This document shows positions 19,710 through 27,938 of a DNA stretch of 64,000 nt, in pieces. The first letter of the stretch is position 1; the number at the start of each line of letters is the position of its first letter. The position numbers and the translations under genes are program-made. Where the stretch lies: positions 10,273 to 74,272 of the forward strand of contig CAZQCO010000005.1 in assembly GCA_964592225.1 (NCBI GenBank), written 5' to 3'. The notes under the pieces are model-generated. The model was not told where the DNA came from and searched no databases. It worked only from the letters and a program-made list of their open reading frames with translations. This stretch comes from an uncultured Bacteroidales bacterium (GTDB lineage Bacteria; Bacteroidota; Bacteroidia; Bacteroidales; UBA10428).

Positions 19710-21901
19710 TAACTACCTAATTCAAGTTGATTTTTAACCAGTTTATAGTAAGCTCCCTTTAGTTGTGTCAATTCCTGATGAGTTCCATACTCAATAATTT
19801 TTCCTTCTTCCAGTACCACTATCTGATCGGCATTTCGCACTGTACTGAGCCTATGAGCAACCACTACTACTGTCCTTCCATCAAAAAATTTATACAAATT
19901 ATTAATTATTTGTCGTTCGTTGTTCGCATCGAGAGCATTTGTTGCTTCATCGAAGAACAGAAAGGAAGGATTTTTATAAAGAGCCCGTGCTATAAGTATC
20001 CTTTGCTTTTGCCCCTGGCTAAGTCCGAGACCCTCCATTCCAATTTTGGTATTAAAACCCAAAGGCAGACCATCAGCAATTTCATGTACATTAGCCATAC
20101 GTGCCGCATAATATAATTTCTCTTTATCGATCTCTTCGTCTGAAAGTGCAATATTCCGGGCAATTGTATCTGAAAAAAGATAACCATCCTGCATAACAAC
20201 TCCACATATACTTCTCCAGTATGCCGGATTAATAGTATCCAGGTTTTGATCGTCAATTAAAATATCCCCATCAACCGGATCATAAAACTTAAGTATTAAT
20301 TTAATCAGAGTCGTTTTACCGCTTCCGCTTGTACCTACTATAGCTGTTGTTTTATTTTCAGGTATATGCAGATTGATATTTTTCAAGACAAAGGGCGAAT
20401 GGGGCCCTTCATATTGAAAGGCCAAATTCCTGATCGTAATTTCATTTTTATTTCCTGAAAAGTCAGAGATCAGATCAGGTGATGAACTTTCTTCTTCTTC
20501 CAAGTTATGAACCTCTGCCAGACGATTAAGACTTATTTTTGCATCCTGAGTGTTATGAAAAAAGTTAATTAATAGATCGATAGGGCCGGAAAGTTGCCCG
20601 ATAACATATGATATAGCCACCATACTACCTAAGGTCATCTGCCCTTTCATTACCAATAATGCAGTGTAGAATACTATCAGCACATCTTTATACTGGTTGA
20701 ATATAAGTGCTCCGGCTTTTTGATTTTGCAGAAGGGTCAATCCTTTTATATTAAGACGAAATAGCTTTGCCTGGATATCCTCCCATTCCCAGCGTTTTCT
20801 TTTCTCACAATTATTAAGCTTTATTTCAGGCATCCCCGACAGCAATTGCAGGAGATTACTCTGATTACTTGAAAGCTGGGCAAATTTCCGATTATCGAGA
20901 TCTTTTCTCCTCTTCATGAATTGCAAGGTCCATATTAAGTAAAATATACTTCCGGCAATGAAGATTAAGAAAATCTTTATACTGAATATGGCCAGGACGA
21001 TTCCCATTATGACCATAGAAAAAACCGAGTAGAATAAATCGATTGTCGTTTGTGTTAAAAATGTTTCAACACGCTTATGATCAGCTACTCTTTGTAACAA
21101 ATCGCCCCGATTTTTGGTTTCAAAAAACGAAAGCGGCAAACGCATAAGCTTTATTAGAAAATCAGAAATGAGATAAATATTAACTCGCGAACCTAAATGG
21201 AGAATTATCCAGTTCCGGATAAATTCAAGCGAGAACCGGCTGGTTACAAGAATTAATTGCGCAATAAGTATGGTTATAACAAGGGAAAGATTAGGAATCA
21301 CTATTCCTTTATCGACAATAGTTTGAAACAGGAATGGAAAAATAACCTGAATAAGCGCTCCAATAATCACACCCAGAATAATTTGGGTAATCAGTGCTTT
21401 GTATGGGCGAATGTATTTAAATAGAAAACTTAATTGACTTCTGTTGATTTGTTCGTCTTCAGCCTTGTAGAAATCGGGAGTAGGTTCAAGCTGAAGGCAA
21501 ACACCCATGGTCTCTCCGTTTTCAATAGTTGAGGCCCAGCACTGAAGAAACTCTTCCCTGGTATAAACCGCAGCGCCGAAGGCAGGATCGATTACATATA
21601 TTTTGTTTTTTTGAATTTTCCTGACGACAATAAAATGCTCCTGCTTCCAATGAGCTATACATGGGAGAATAAGCTGATGGCGTACCTGCTCAAATGAAAG
21701 TTTAACACCTCTTGTCCGAAAACCAATTGATTCGGCAGCTTCACTGATACCCAGCAACGAAACTCCCGCCCTATTGATATAACTTAATGAACGTAAAGTC
21801 TCGAAAGAAAAATGTTTACCATGATACCTGGCTATCATTCTTAGACAAGCCGGGCCACAATCGTTGGCATCGTGTTGCAGGAATACCGGAAACTTAGGCA
21901 T
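19709..21901 (-). CDS. Peptidase-C39-domain ABC transporter (PCAT; double-glycine peptide cleavage/export)
   Basis: 730 aa. N-terminal C39 motifs are intact: 'QHDANDCGPACLRMI' (catalytic Cys), 'EHFIVV' (His) and 'VIDPA'. It has a 6-TM domain, Walker A 'GTSGSGKTT', signature 'LSQGQKQR' and Walker B 'LFFDEATNALD'. Confidence 0.93.
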   Translation of the reverse strand: MPKFPVFLQHDANDCGPACLRMIARYHGKHFSFETLRSLSYINRAGVSLLGISEAAESIGFRTRGVKLSFEQVRHQLILPCIAHWKQEHFIVVRKIQKNKIYVIDPAFGAAVYTREEFLQCWASTIENGETMGVCLQLEPTPDFYKAEDEQINRSQLSFLFKYIRPYKALITQIILGVIIGALIQVIFPFLFQTIVDKGIVIPNLSLVITILIAQLILVTSRFSLEFIRNWIILHLGSRVNIYLISDFLIKLMRLPLSFFETKNRGDLLQRVADHKRVETFLTQTTIDLFYSVFSMVIMGIVLAIFSIKIFLIFIAGSIFYLIWTLQFMKRRKDLDNRKFAQLSSNQSNLLQLLSGMPEIKLNNCEKRKRWEWEDIQAKLFRLNIKGLTLLQNQKAGALIFNQYKDVLIVFYTALLVMKGQMTLGSMVAISYVIGQLSGPIDLLINFFHNTQDAKISLNRLAEVHNLEEEESSSPDLISDFSGNKNEITIRNLAFQYEGPHSPFVLKNINLHIPENKTTAIVGTSGSGKTTLIKLILKFYDPVDGDILIDDQNLDTINPAYWRSICGVVMQDGYLFSDTIARNIALSDEEIDKEKLYYAARMANVHEIADGLPLGFNTKIGMEGLGLSQGQKQRILIARALYKNPSFLFFDEATNALDANNERQIINNLYKFFDGRTVVVVAHRLSTVRNADQIVVLEEGKIIEYGTHQELTQLKGAYYKLVKNQLELGS

Positions 21902-21970
21902 GAAATTGAATTGTAACCTTAATATTACGAATCTATTAGGTTTTACTGAGAAATACTAAATTTTTTTTAA

Positions 21971-22897
21971 CTATAGTATTACGGTTTGTTGTAAGGTTCG
22001 GCGCAAATTGAGAATGTTTTTTTCCCTTCCTGTTTTTTTTGAACTATTCGACTTTCCCGGCATGTATGGAATGGTGAAGTAAAAAGTTGTTCCCTTTTCA
22101 ACAACAGAATCATACCAGATGGCGCCATTCATAAGCTCGATAAGTTTTTTCGATAAGCTTAATCCGAGTCCAAGTCCCTTGCTCTCGTTTTCAGGGTCAT
22201 TCAGCTTATTAAAATTTCGATATATTTCGTTCTCTTTTCCTTCCAATCCACCTACTCCTGTATCTTTTACAAAAAATTTAATATTACCTGATTTCAAACT
22301 AAATCCAAATTCTATTATTCCGCGAGAAGTGAATTTAAATGCATTAGATATCAGATTAGTTAAAACTTGAGATAATCTGAATGAATCAACCTTGACTTCA
22401 ATCTCTTTTAACTCGGGGGGAACAGATAAAAGCAGAGCAATATTTTTATCTACAATGTGTTTATGCAGGGAAAAATAGGAATGTATTTCAGAAAATAGAT
22501 CACTCAACCTGCAATCTTCATTCGAAATTTTTAATAGTCCTGCTTCAATAATGGAGGCTTCGATAATATTATCCATTTTATTTAAAAACTCCTGGCTGCT
22601 TTCGCGAATATGAGCTATATAAGTTTCTTTTTCTTTCACATTAAGATTATTCATTACAATCAGATCGGAAAAACCCACAATAGAATTTAGTGGGGTTCTG
22701 ATTTCATGATAGAGGTTTCTAAGAAAAACTGATTTTGCCTTTTCTACACAACTAGATTTTTCATCGAGAAGTTTTTCCAATACTTCGATACGCCTTTTCA
22801 TATAATTGTATTCCGTATCCCTTAGCCTGATAGTTTTTTTTCTTCCTCCACCCCAGGATTTCTTCAGAAATTTTGAAATGATGCTAAGGTTCTTCAT
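21971..22897 (-). CDS. Soluble histidine kinase with no sensor domain (coiled-coil + HisKA + HATPase_c)
   Basis: 308 aa. H-box 'LYHEIRTPLNSIVGFSDLI', N-box 'LISNAFKFT', 'VKDTGVG' and 'GLGLGLSLSKKL'. I saw no hydrophobic TM segment and no PAS/GAF domain. Confidence 0.85.
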   Translation of the reverse strand: MKNLSIISKFLKKSWGGGRKKTIRLRDTEYNYMKRRIEVLEKLLDEKSSCVEKAKSVFLRNLYHEIRTPLNSIVGFSDLIVMNNLNVKEKETYIAHIRESSQEFLNKMDNIIEASIIEAGLLKISNEDCRLSDLFSEIHSYFSLHKHIVDKNIALLLSVPPELKEIEVKVDSFRLSQVLTNLISNAFKFTSRGIIEFGFSLKSGNIKFFVKDTGVGGLEGKENEIYRNFNKLNDPENESKGLGLGLSLSKKLIELMNGAIWYDSVVEKGTTFYFTIPYMPGKSNSSKKTGREKNILNLRRTLQQTVIL

Positions 22898-22949
22898 AGA
22901 ATCTTTTTTAATAATTTGCTCCTACTCCAAGTTCACTTTGACAACAATA

Positions 22950-22975
22950 GGGTCCGGGTAAATATACCCGGCCCT
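22950..22975 (-). terminator. Hairpin between the TPR anti-sigma-like gene and the kinase gene (possible terminator/attenuator)
   Basis: ccgggta (22954-22960) / aata / tacccgg (22965-22971), flanked by additional G:C pairs. The downstream minus-strand sequence is only moderately T-rich (tattgttgtc). Confidence 0.4.
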
Positions 22976-23004
22976 TATGAAAACCCTGTACAATTGAAAA
23001 TTAT

Positions 23005-23769
23005 CTAGTTCATTTTTTTAAGTATTCGTTTTGCTTCTTTCCGATAATATCCATTGTTAGAAGCTATGGTATTAAATACCTCTCTTGCTCTTTCGGTTTC
23101 ACCAGTCATAATATAGCACAGTCCCAAATACCATTCTGCTGATTCAACAAAAGCATTTGCCTGGTGATCTATAATCCGTTTAAAGTTTTTATTTGCTTCA
23201 GCATATTGTTCTATTTCCATCCGGGAAATCCCTGAGTAAAGATTCAGACCAATACGTGAGTTGTCCGTTACCAGGATATTTTCAAAATGTTCTATCGCTT
23301 TCGAGAATTCCTTGTTTTCGTAGTATATCATGGCTAGTCGCAAATCACTATCTACAATATCTTCAGCAGTCCTGAAGCTCATATTAATATCTGCCGGTTG
23401 GTAATATTGAGCAAATATTGTAGCAGATGACGATGATCGCTTTATAATCCCCTGAAATAAAACCGTAGCCAAAATCAAAATAGCTGCAACGCCTGAGATC
23501 ACATATAGTTGTTTTTTCTTTAATTTCGGAATATTGATTGTTTTCGTCCAGGGACGATAAGTTTTCAAATACACATCGTTAAGTTGAGATTGAAGTTCAA
23601 AAGTCTCCTGATCAGCTAAAACTTTACCGATTTTCTCCTGTAGATCAATCTCAGATTGCAATTCTGCATTATCTTTTAACTCCTTCTCGAACCATATTTT
23701 TTCACTGGCACTCATAACGCCATCCAGATATCTATCCACATACCTGGAATAGTTTATTTCCTGTTTCAT
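23005..23769 (-). CDS. Single-pass membrane protein: anti-sigma-like N-terminus and TPR C-terminus
   Basis: 254 aa. The N-terminal 'YVDRYLDGVMSASEKIWFEKELKDNAELQSEIDL' resembles the helical N-domains of Bacteroidota anti-sigma factors. TM 'YVISGVAAILILATVLFQGII'. The C-terminal half has TPR-like repeats (YYENKEFSKAIEHFENIL..., WYLGLCYIMTGETERAREVF). Confidence 0.6.
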   Translation of the reverse strand: MKQEINYSRYVDRYLDGVMSASEKIWFEKELKDNAELQSEIDLQEKIGKVLADQETFELQSQLNDVYLKTYRPWTKTINIPKLKKKQLYVISGVAAILILATVLFQGIIKRSSSSATIFAQYYQPADINMSFRTAEDIVDSDLRLAMIYYENKEFSKAIEHFENILVTDNSRIGLNLYSGISRMEIEQYAEANKNFKRIIDHQANAFVESAEWYLGLCYIMTGETERAREVFNTIASNNGYYRKEAKRILKKMN

Positions 23770-24071
23770 AGTAATAAATATTTCAATTTACATAATTTCA
23801 GACATATACATTAATATATACTCTTCCATCAGGTCTCACGATTACGATCCCCTAATATGGATCAGAAATTGATCTTAATAAGGAACTCTATCAATAATAG
23901 AGTACAAATTACTTTTAAAAATTTTTTAAAATTCTTATAACCCGGTTAATTATAACCGGTAGTAAATACTTAATAGTAACAATACTTTATTTTAAAGTGT
24001 TTTTATTTATACCAGTCAATATCTTAATTTCAGAGTTAACTTCAGTTACTCCATTGAACCTTGCATTTTTT

Positions 24072-24150
24072 AAAAAAGGAGGCGAGATAAAATCTAGATT
24101 AGGAAAGGAATTGAAGTTATGTGCCGTTAAAACCATCTTCTATCTCGCCT
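24072..24150 (-). terminator. Long-loop hairpin plus T-run immediately downstream of the small peptide ORF
   Basis: 10-bp perfect inverted repeat: aggcgagata (24080-24089) / tatctcgcct (24141-24150). On the minus strand the stem is followed by CC + TTTTTT (24077-24072). The plus strand also has a T8 run at 24159-24166, so it could act in both directions. Confidence 0.45.
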
Positions 24151-24199
24151 GTATACCCTTTTTTTTATCATTGAGAAAATAATCAAATTTTTAAATAAC

Positions 24200-24331
24200 C
24201 TATTCAAAATCCGGAGGGGGAGGAGGAATTTTTCCGCCGCCACGGATTTTTGACATTTCTTCCAGATTCAATATTCTGAGTTCTCTATTCATCTTTTTCG
24301 AATCGCCGTTTAAAAAGTTTACATTTTTCAT
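24200..24331 (-). CDS. Double-glycine-leader peptide precursor (43 aa; not in the ORF track)
   Basis: Hand translation of the minus strand gives MKNVNFLNGDSKKMNRELRILNLEEMSKIRGGGKIPPPPPDFE*. An alternative start at Met14 (24292) gives an 18-aa leader. 'LNLEEMSKIRGG' fits the L-x-x-E-(L/M)-x-x-I-x-G-G leader consensus. A C39 exporter with intact catalytic residues lies 2.3 kb away. Confidence 0.7.
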   Translation of the reverse strand: MKNVNFLNGDSKKMNRELRILNLEEMSKIRGGGKIPPPPPDFE

Positions 24332-24518
24332 TGTACAGGGGTTTTTGAAATGTTTTTCTTATATAGTATAGTTCCACTCACCATTGAAATGTCACCGCCA
24401 TTTTCCTTTTATTTTTGTTTTTTTTAAAATTATTTTTCTAAGGATCTGTTTAACAATAATTTATATTCTTCATTTTTTCACATTATTTTCCTATTTTCGA
24501 AACATAGAGGCCTTTTCC

Positions 24519-27350
24519 ATGAGAAATCTCAGAATAATATTGGTTTTATTTAGCCTGATTGAATTATGGCAAATTTTGTGGTCACCTGTGTATTCTAATA
24601 CAGATATCCAAAATAGCCAGATACTGATCGATTCAGTTAATATATTAGTCGATTCAGCCAACTTATATAAAAGTATAGGAGACTATGAAAAATCATTGAA
24701 ACTAATTGAAAGAACGCATCTCCTTCGTAAAAGAATATTTAATGATACAAGCCTATTGGTAATTAAAAGCTATATTAATATGGCTAATGCAAATACGCTT
24801 GTTTATGAATATGATAAAGCTTTACAATATTTACGTGAAGCTGAGTCGATATGTAAACGTGTAGAAAAAGAGAGGGCGGAAGAAATAGGTATTATTTATT
24901 CATACTACGGCCGTATTTATAAAGAAATGGGAAATTATATTCAGGCTGAACAATTTCTCAGGAGAGCTGATGAATATTTAATAAATAATAATATTAAAAA
25001 TAAAAAACAGTTAGTATCTCATTATATGTTGTTTGCTGACGTGGAATTGATGCTGGAAAACCTAGAGAGTTCACTAAAGTACTCTCAAAAAAGCCTTGAA
25101 ATAATTCAGAAATTAGATCAAAATGAAGGATTGTTAATTGACTATTTTATGGGTTCGGCTTTGACCTATGCCAAATCAGGAGATTTTAGTAAAAGTATTC
25201 AGCTTCAGCAAACGGCCATTCAATTGGCCAGAAGTGATTCAGCACAAAATGCACTTCGATTAGCTATTCTTTATAATAATATAGGATTAGATTATCTGGA
25301 AATTCAACAATTAGATAAGGCTAACGAAACCTTATTAAAAGCATTTACGATTTTCAATAGTCTTGGAGTAAAAGGATCATTTTTAGCCGAACTTTACGAA
25401 AATTTCGGAAGACTCTGGTGCTTAAAAGGTGATTTCATGAAAGCACTTAATTACTACCAAAAGGGTTTGGAAGTTACAGCATCACTTATGCCCACCAACC
25501 AGGTGTTGGGAAATCCTGAAATTCAGCAGATAGAAGCTGAATTGCCTGCGCTTAAAATACTTAAATCGAAAATTAATTGTCTCACAAAGCTCTATTTTAA
25601 GAAGAAGAATATCGAATACCTGGATGGAGCAATTAATACATCATTGCTGGCTATTGAATTGATTGAGCAACTTAGAAACAGTTATCAGAGTTATGATAGC
25701 AAGCTCCAAACAACAAAACAAGAGTACGAGATATTTAATAATACTCTGGATTTGCTGAAGATCGCTTATCGACTTACAGGCAAATCAAAATATAGTGAGA
25801 TTACTTTTACAGTTTCGGAAAAATCAAAATCTTCTATCCTCTTATCAGTTTTAAGTGAACTGGATGCAAAGCAATTTGGTGATATCCCCGATAGTTTATT
25901 GAAAAAGGAAAAAAATCTTTCGAAATCCATTGCCTTTTATAAAGAAAACCTATATGAAGAAAGGCAGAATAACGATCCGGATCTGGCAAAAATCAATACA
26001 TGGGAAAAGTATCTTTTTAATGCACAACATGAACATGAACAGCTTATTGCTTTTTTCGAACTCAACTACCCAAAATATTATCATTTAAAATATGACTATT
26101 CAGTAACAGATATTCGAAAATTACAAAAACATTTACCGCTTCGAACATCACTTATCGAATACAGTCTTTCTGACTCTGTTCTTATTACTTTTATTATTAC
26201 CAGGAATAGTTTTCATATGCTTGAACAAACTGTTGATAAAGATTTTTTTAAAAACCTTAATCAGTATTTATATAAATTTCATCATTTCGATTTTAGCATA
26301 CAGTCCCTGAACGATTTTTCTGAATTCTGCGATATTAGCTCTTCTCTCTATAATATTTTAATAGCACCTGCCTATGAATATATGTCCGGAAATTCACTAA
26401 TCGTTGTACCGGATGGAATATTATCGTATTTACCCTTCGAAACATTGATAAAGCAGATACCTGAGGGAATATCTACAAATCTTTACCGGAACCTGGAATA
26501 TCTGATCAACGAATTCAATGTTTCGTACTCCTATTCTGCAACATTACTTAACCAGGTGAGTGGTAAACAAAGACTGTCTGCCAATAAAAGACTTCTTGCT
26601 TTTGCTCCTGTATATTCTGAAGATCAAAATGAGAATATCTCTGCAAATCGTTACGTAACAAGGCAAAATTACAGAAAGAACTTGTTTCCAATTCCCGGAG
26701 TTATTGAAGAAGTTGAAACCATTCATAAACTTATACCCGGAGATGTATTTATAGGTATAAATGCTACTGAAAAGAATTTTAAAGATACGGCCAGTTTTTA
26801 TGATATACTGCATCTTGCCATGCATACTGTAATAGATAACAGCAATCCTCTTTACTCCAAATTAATTTTTACACTGAACCGGGATTCCACTCAGGATGGT
26901 TTGCTCAATACATACGAAATTTTCGATCTCGCTTTAAATGCCCGAATGGTTGTATTAAGTGCATGCAGTACAGGAGGTGGCGAGTTCAATAATGGAGAAG
27001 GAGTTATTAGTCTTGCCCGGGGGTTTGTTTATGCCGGTTCACCCAGTATTGTGATGACTATGTGGGAGGTTGAAGATAAATCGGGTTCAGAGCTTATGAG
27101 ATACTTTTATAAGAATTTAATTAAAGGACAATCCAAATCGAAGGCCATGCGAAATGCAAAACTTCAATGTCTTAGAGAGGCACGTCCTGAAAATACTCAT
27201 CCCTTCTTCTGGTCGTCATTTGTTGTATTGGGTAACTCACAACCATTATATGCAAGAAAATATTTAATTGCAATTATCAGCTTAATCAGTATTGTATTAC
27301 TCTTTCTGATCCTAAAAAAAATCCGGAAAATCAGTACTCATTATCAATAA
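24519..27350 (+). CDS. TPR-CHAT protein (caspase-like CHAT protease domain), membrane-anchored
   Basis: The ORF-track start (TTG 24384) translates AT-rich spacer. ATG 24519 gives MRNLRIILVLFSLIELWQILW..., which reads as a signal peptide or anchor. About 400 aa of TPR-like repeats follow. The C-terminal CHAT domain has a His/Cys dyad in 'ILHLAMHT' and 'VVLSACSTGGG'. Terminal TM 'LIAIISLISIVLLFLIL' is followed by KKIRK. Confidence 0.88.
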   Translation: MRNLRIILVLFSLIELWQILWSPVYSNTDIQNSQILIDSVNILVDSANLYKSIGDYEKSLKLIERTHLLRKRIFNDTSLLVIKSYINMANANTLVYEYDKALQYLREAESICKRVEKERAEEIGIIYSYYGRIYKEMGNYIQAEQFLRRADEYLINNNIKNKKQLVSHYMLFADVELMLENLESSLKYSQKSLEIIQKLDQNEGLLIDYFMGSALTYAKSGDFSKSIQLQQTAIQLARSDSAQNALRLAILYNNIGLDYLEIQQLDKANETLLKAFTIFNSLGVKGSFLAELYENFGRLWCLKGDFMKALNYYQKGLEVTASLMPTNQVLGNPEIQQIEAELPALKILKSKINCLTKLYFKKKNIEYLDGAINTSLLAIELIEQLRNSYQSYDSKLQTTKQEYEIFNNTLDLLKIAYRLTGKSKYSEITFTVSEKSKSSILLSVLSELDAKQFGDIPDSLLKKEKNLSKSIAFYKENLYEERQNNDPDLAKINTWEKYLFNAQHEHEQLIAFFELNYPKYYHLKYDYSVTDIRKLQKHLPLRTSLIEYSLSDSVLITFIITRNSFHMLEQTVDKDFFKNLNQYLYKFHHFDFSIQSLNDFSEFCDISSSLYNILIAPAYEYMSGNSLIVVPDGILSYLPFETLIKQIPEGISTNLYRNLEYLINEFNVSYSYSATLLNQVSGKQRLSANKRLLAFAPVYSEDQNENISANRYVTRQNYRKNLFPIPGVIEEVETIHKLIPGDVFIGINATEKNFKDTASFYDILHLAMHTVIDNSNPLYSKLIFTLNRDSTQDGLLNTYEIFDLALNARMVVLSACSTGGGEFNNGEGVISLARGFVYAGSPSIVMTMWEVEDKSGSELMRYFYKNLIKGQSKSKAMRNAKLQCLREARPENTHPFFWSSFVVLGNSQPLYARKYLIAIISLISIVLLFLILKKIRKISTHYQ

Positions 27351-27365
27351 TAAAATTCTCCATTC

Positions 27366-27938
27366 TCACTGATCTTGAATATTTCTGTACTCAGGATCAG
27401 ATTTTATCATCTTTATTAAAGCTTCCTTACACTTATATTTTTTATTACGGACAATTTTTTCGCTCTTATAACCCATTTCTCTGGCTATCTGATCATAGGG
27501 TACGCTATCCGAGATAAGTTTTAGCACTTTCTGGCATTCAGGTCCTAATTTTAAAAAGTACTTTCTGAAGAGCCTCAGCTCCAACTCCTCTTCAATAAGA
27601 TGTTCCGGGGTATTATAATTAAACTCGGTTTCTTCTATCTTGTTGATATTCCGCTTATGAATTGATCTGTTTCTTAATATTTTCAGCCACACCAAACGGG
27701 CAATACCATAGAGGTATGAATCGAAACCTGACTTCAATTCAAAGTTGTTCTGATTAATTTGTTTAAAGGCTATAATGATCGATTCCTGGAAAACATCCTT
27801 AGCGTCATCATGGTTTCCACCGTTATTGATGACATAATACCTTACCACCGGAAATATTTCTCTGTAAACAGTAGTAAGAACCTGGTTGTCCCGATTCCTA
27901 ATACCTTCAACAACCTCACCAAGTAATAGTTTTTTCAC
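27366..27938 (-). CDS. Sigma-70 family (ECF-type) RNA polymerase sigma factor
   Basis: 190 aa with a GTG start. The region-2-like segment is 'DAKDVFQESIIIAFKQI...YLYGIARLVWLKILR'. The region-4 HTH is 'VPYDQIAREMGYKSEKIVRNKKYKCKEAL'. It is convergent with the CHAT gene across a 15-nt gap. Confidence 0.85.
   Translation of the reverse strand: MKKLLLGEVVEGIRNRDNQVLTTVYREIFPVVRYYVINNGGNHDDAKDVFQESIIIAFKQINQNNFELKSGFDSYLYGIARLVWLKILRNRSIHKRNINKIEETEFNYNTPEHLIEEELELRLFRKYFLKLGPECQKVLKLISDSVPYDQIAREMGYKSEKIVRNKKYKCKEALIKMIKSDPEYRNIQDQ

Noticed and set aside
23997-24182. 61-aa plus-strand ORF (MFLFIPVNILISELTSVTPLNLAFFKKGGEIKSR...) containing a 'KKGG' that could be mistaken for a double-glycine leader
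   Set aside because: The sequence before GG does not fit the leader consensus: there is no E-L/M-x-x-I-x-GG spacing. The ORF is Phe/Leu/Ile-rich as expected from translating AT-rich spacer. It is also laid over the 10-bp inverted-repeat hairpin and its T/A runs. The minus-strand 43-codon ORF next to it is the much better candidate.
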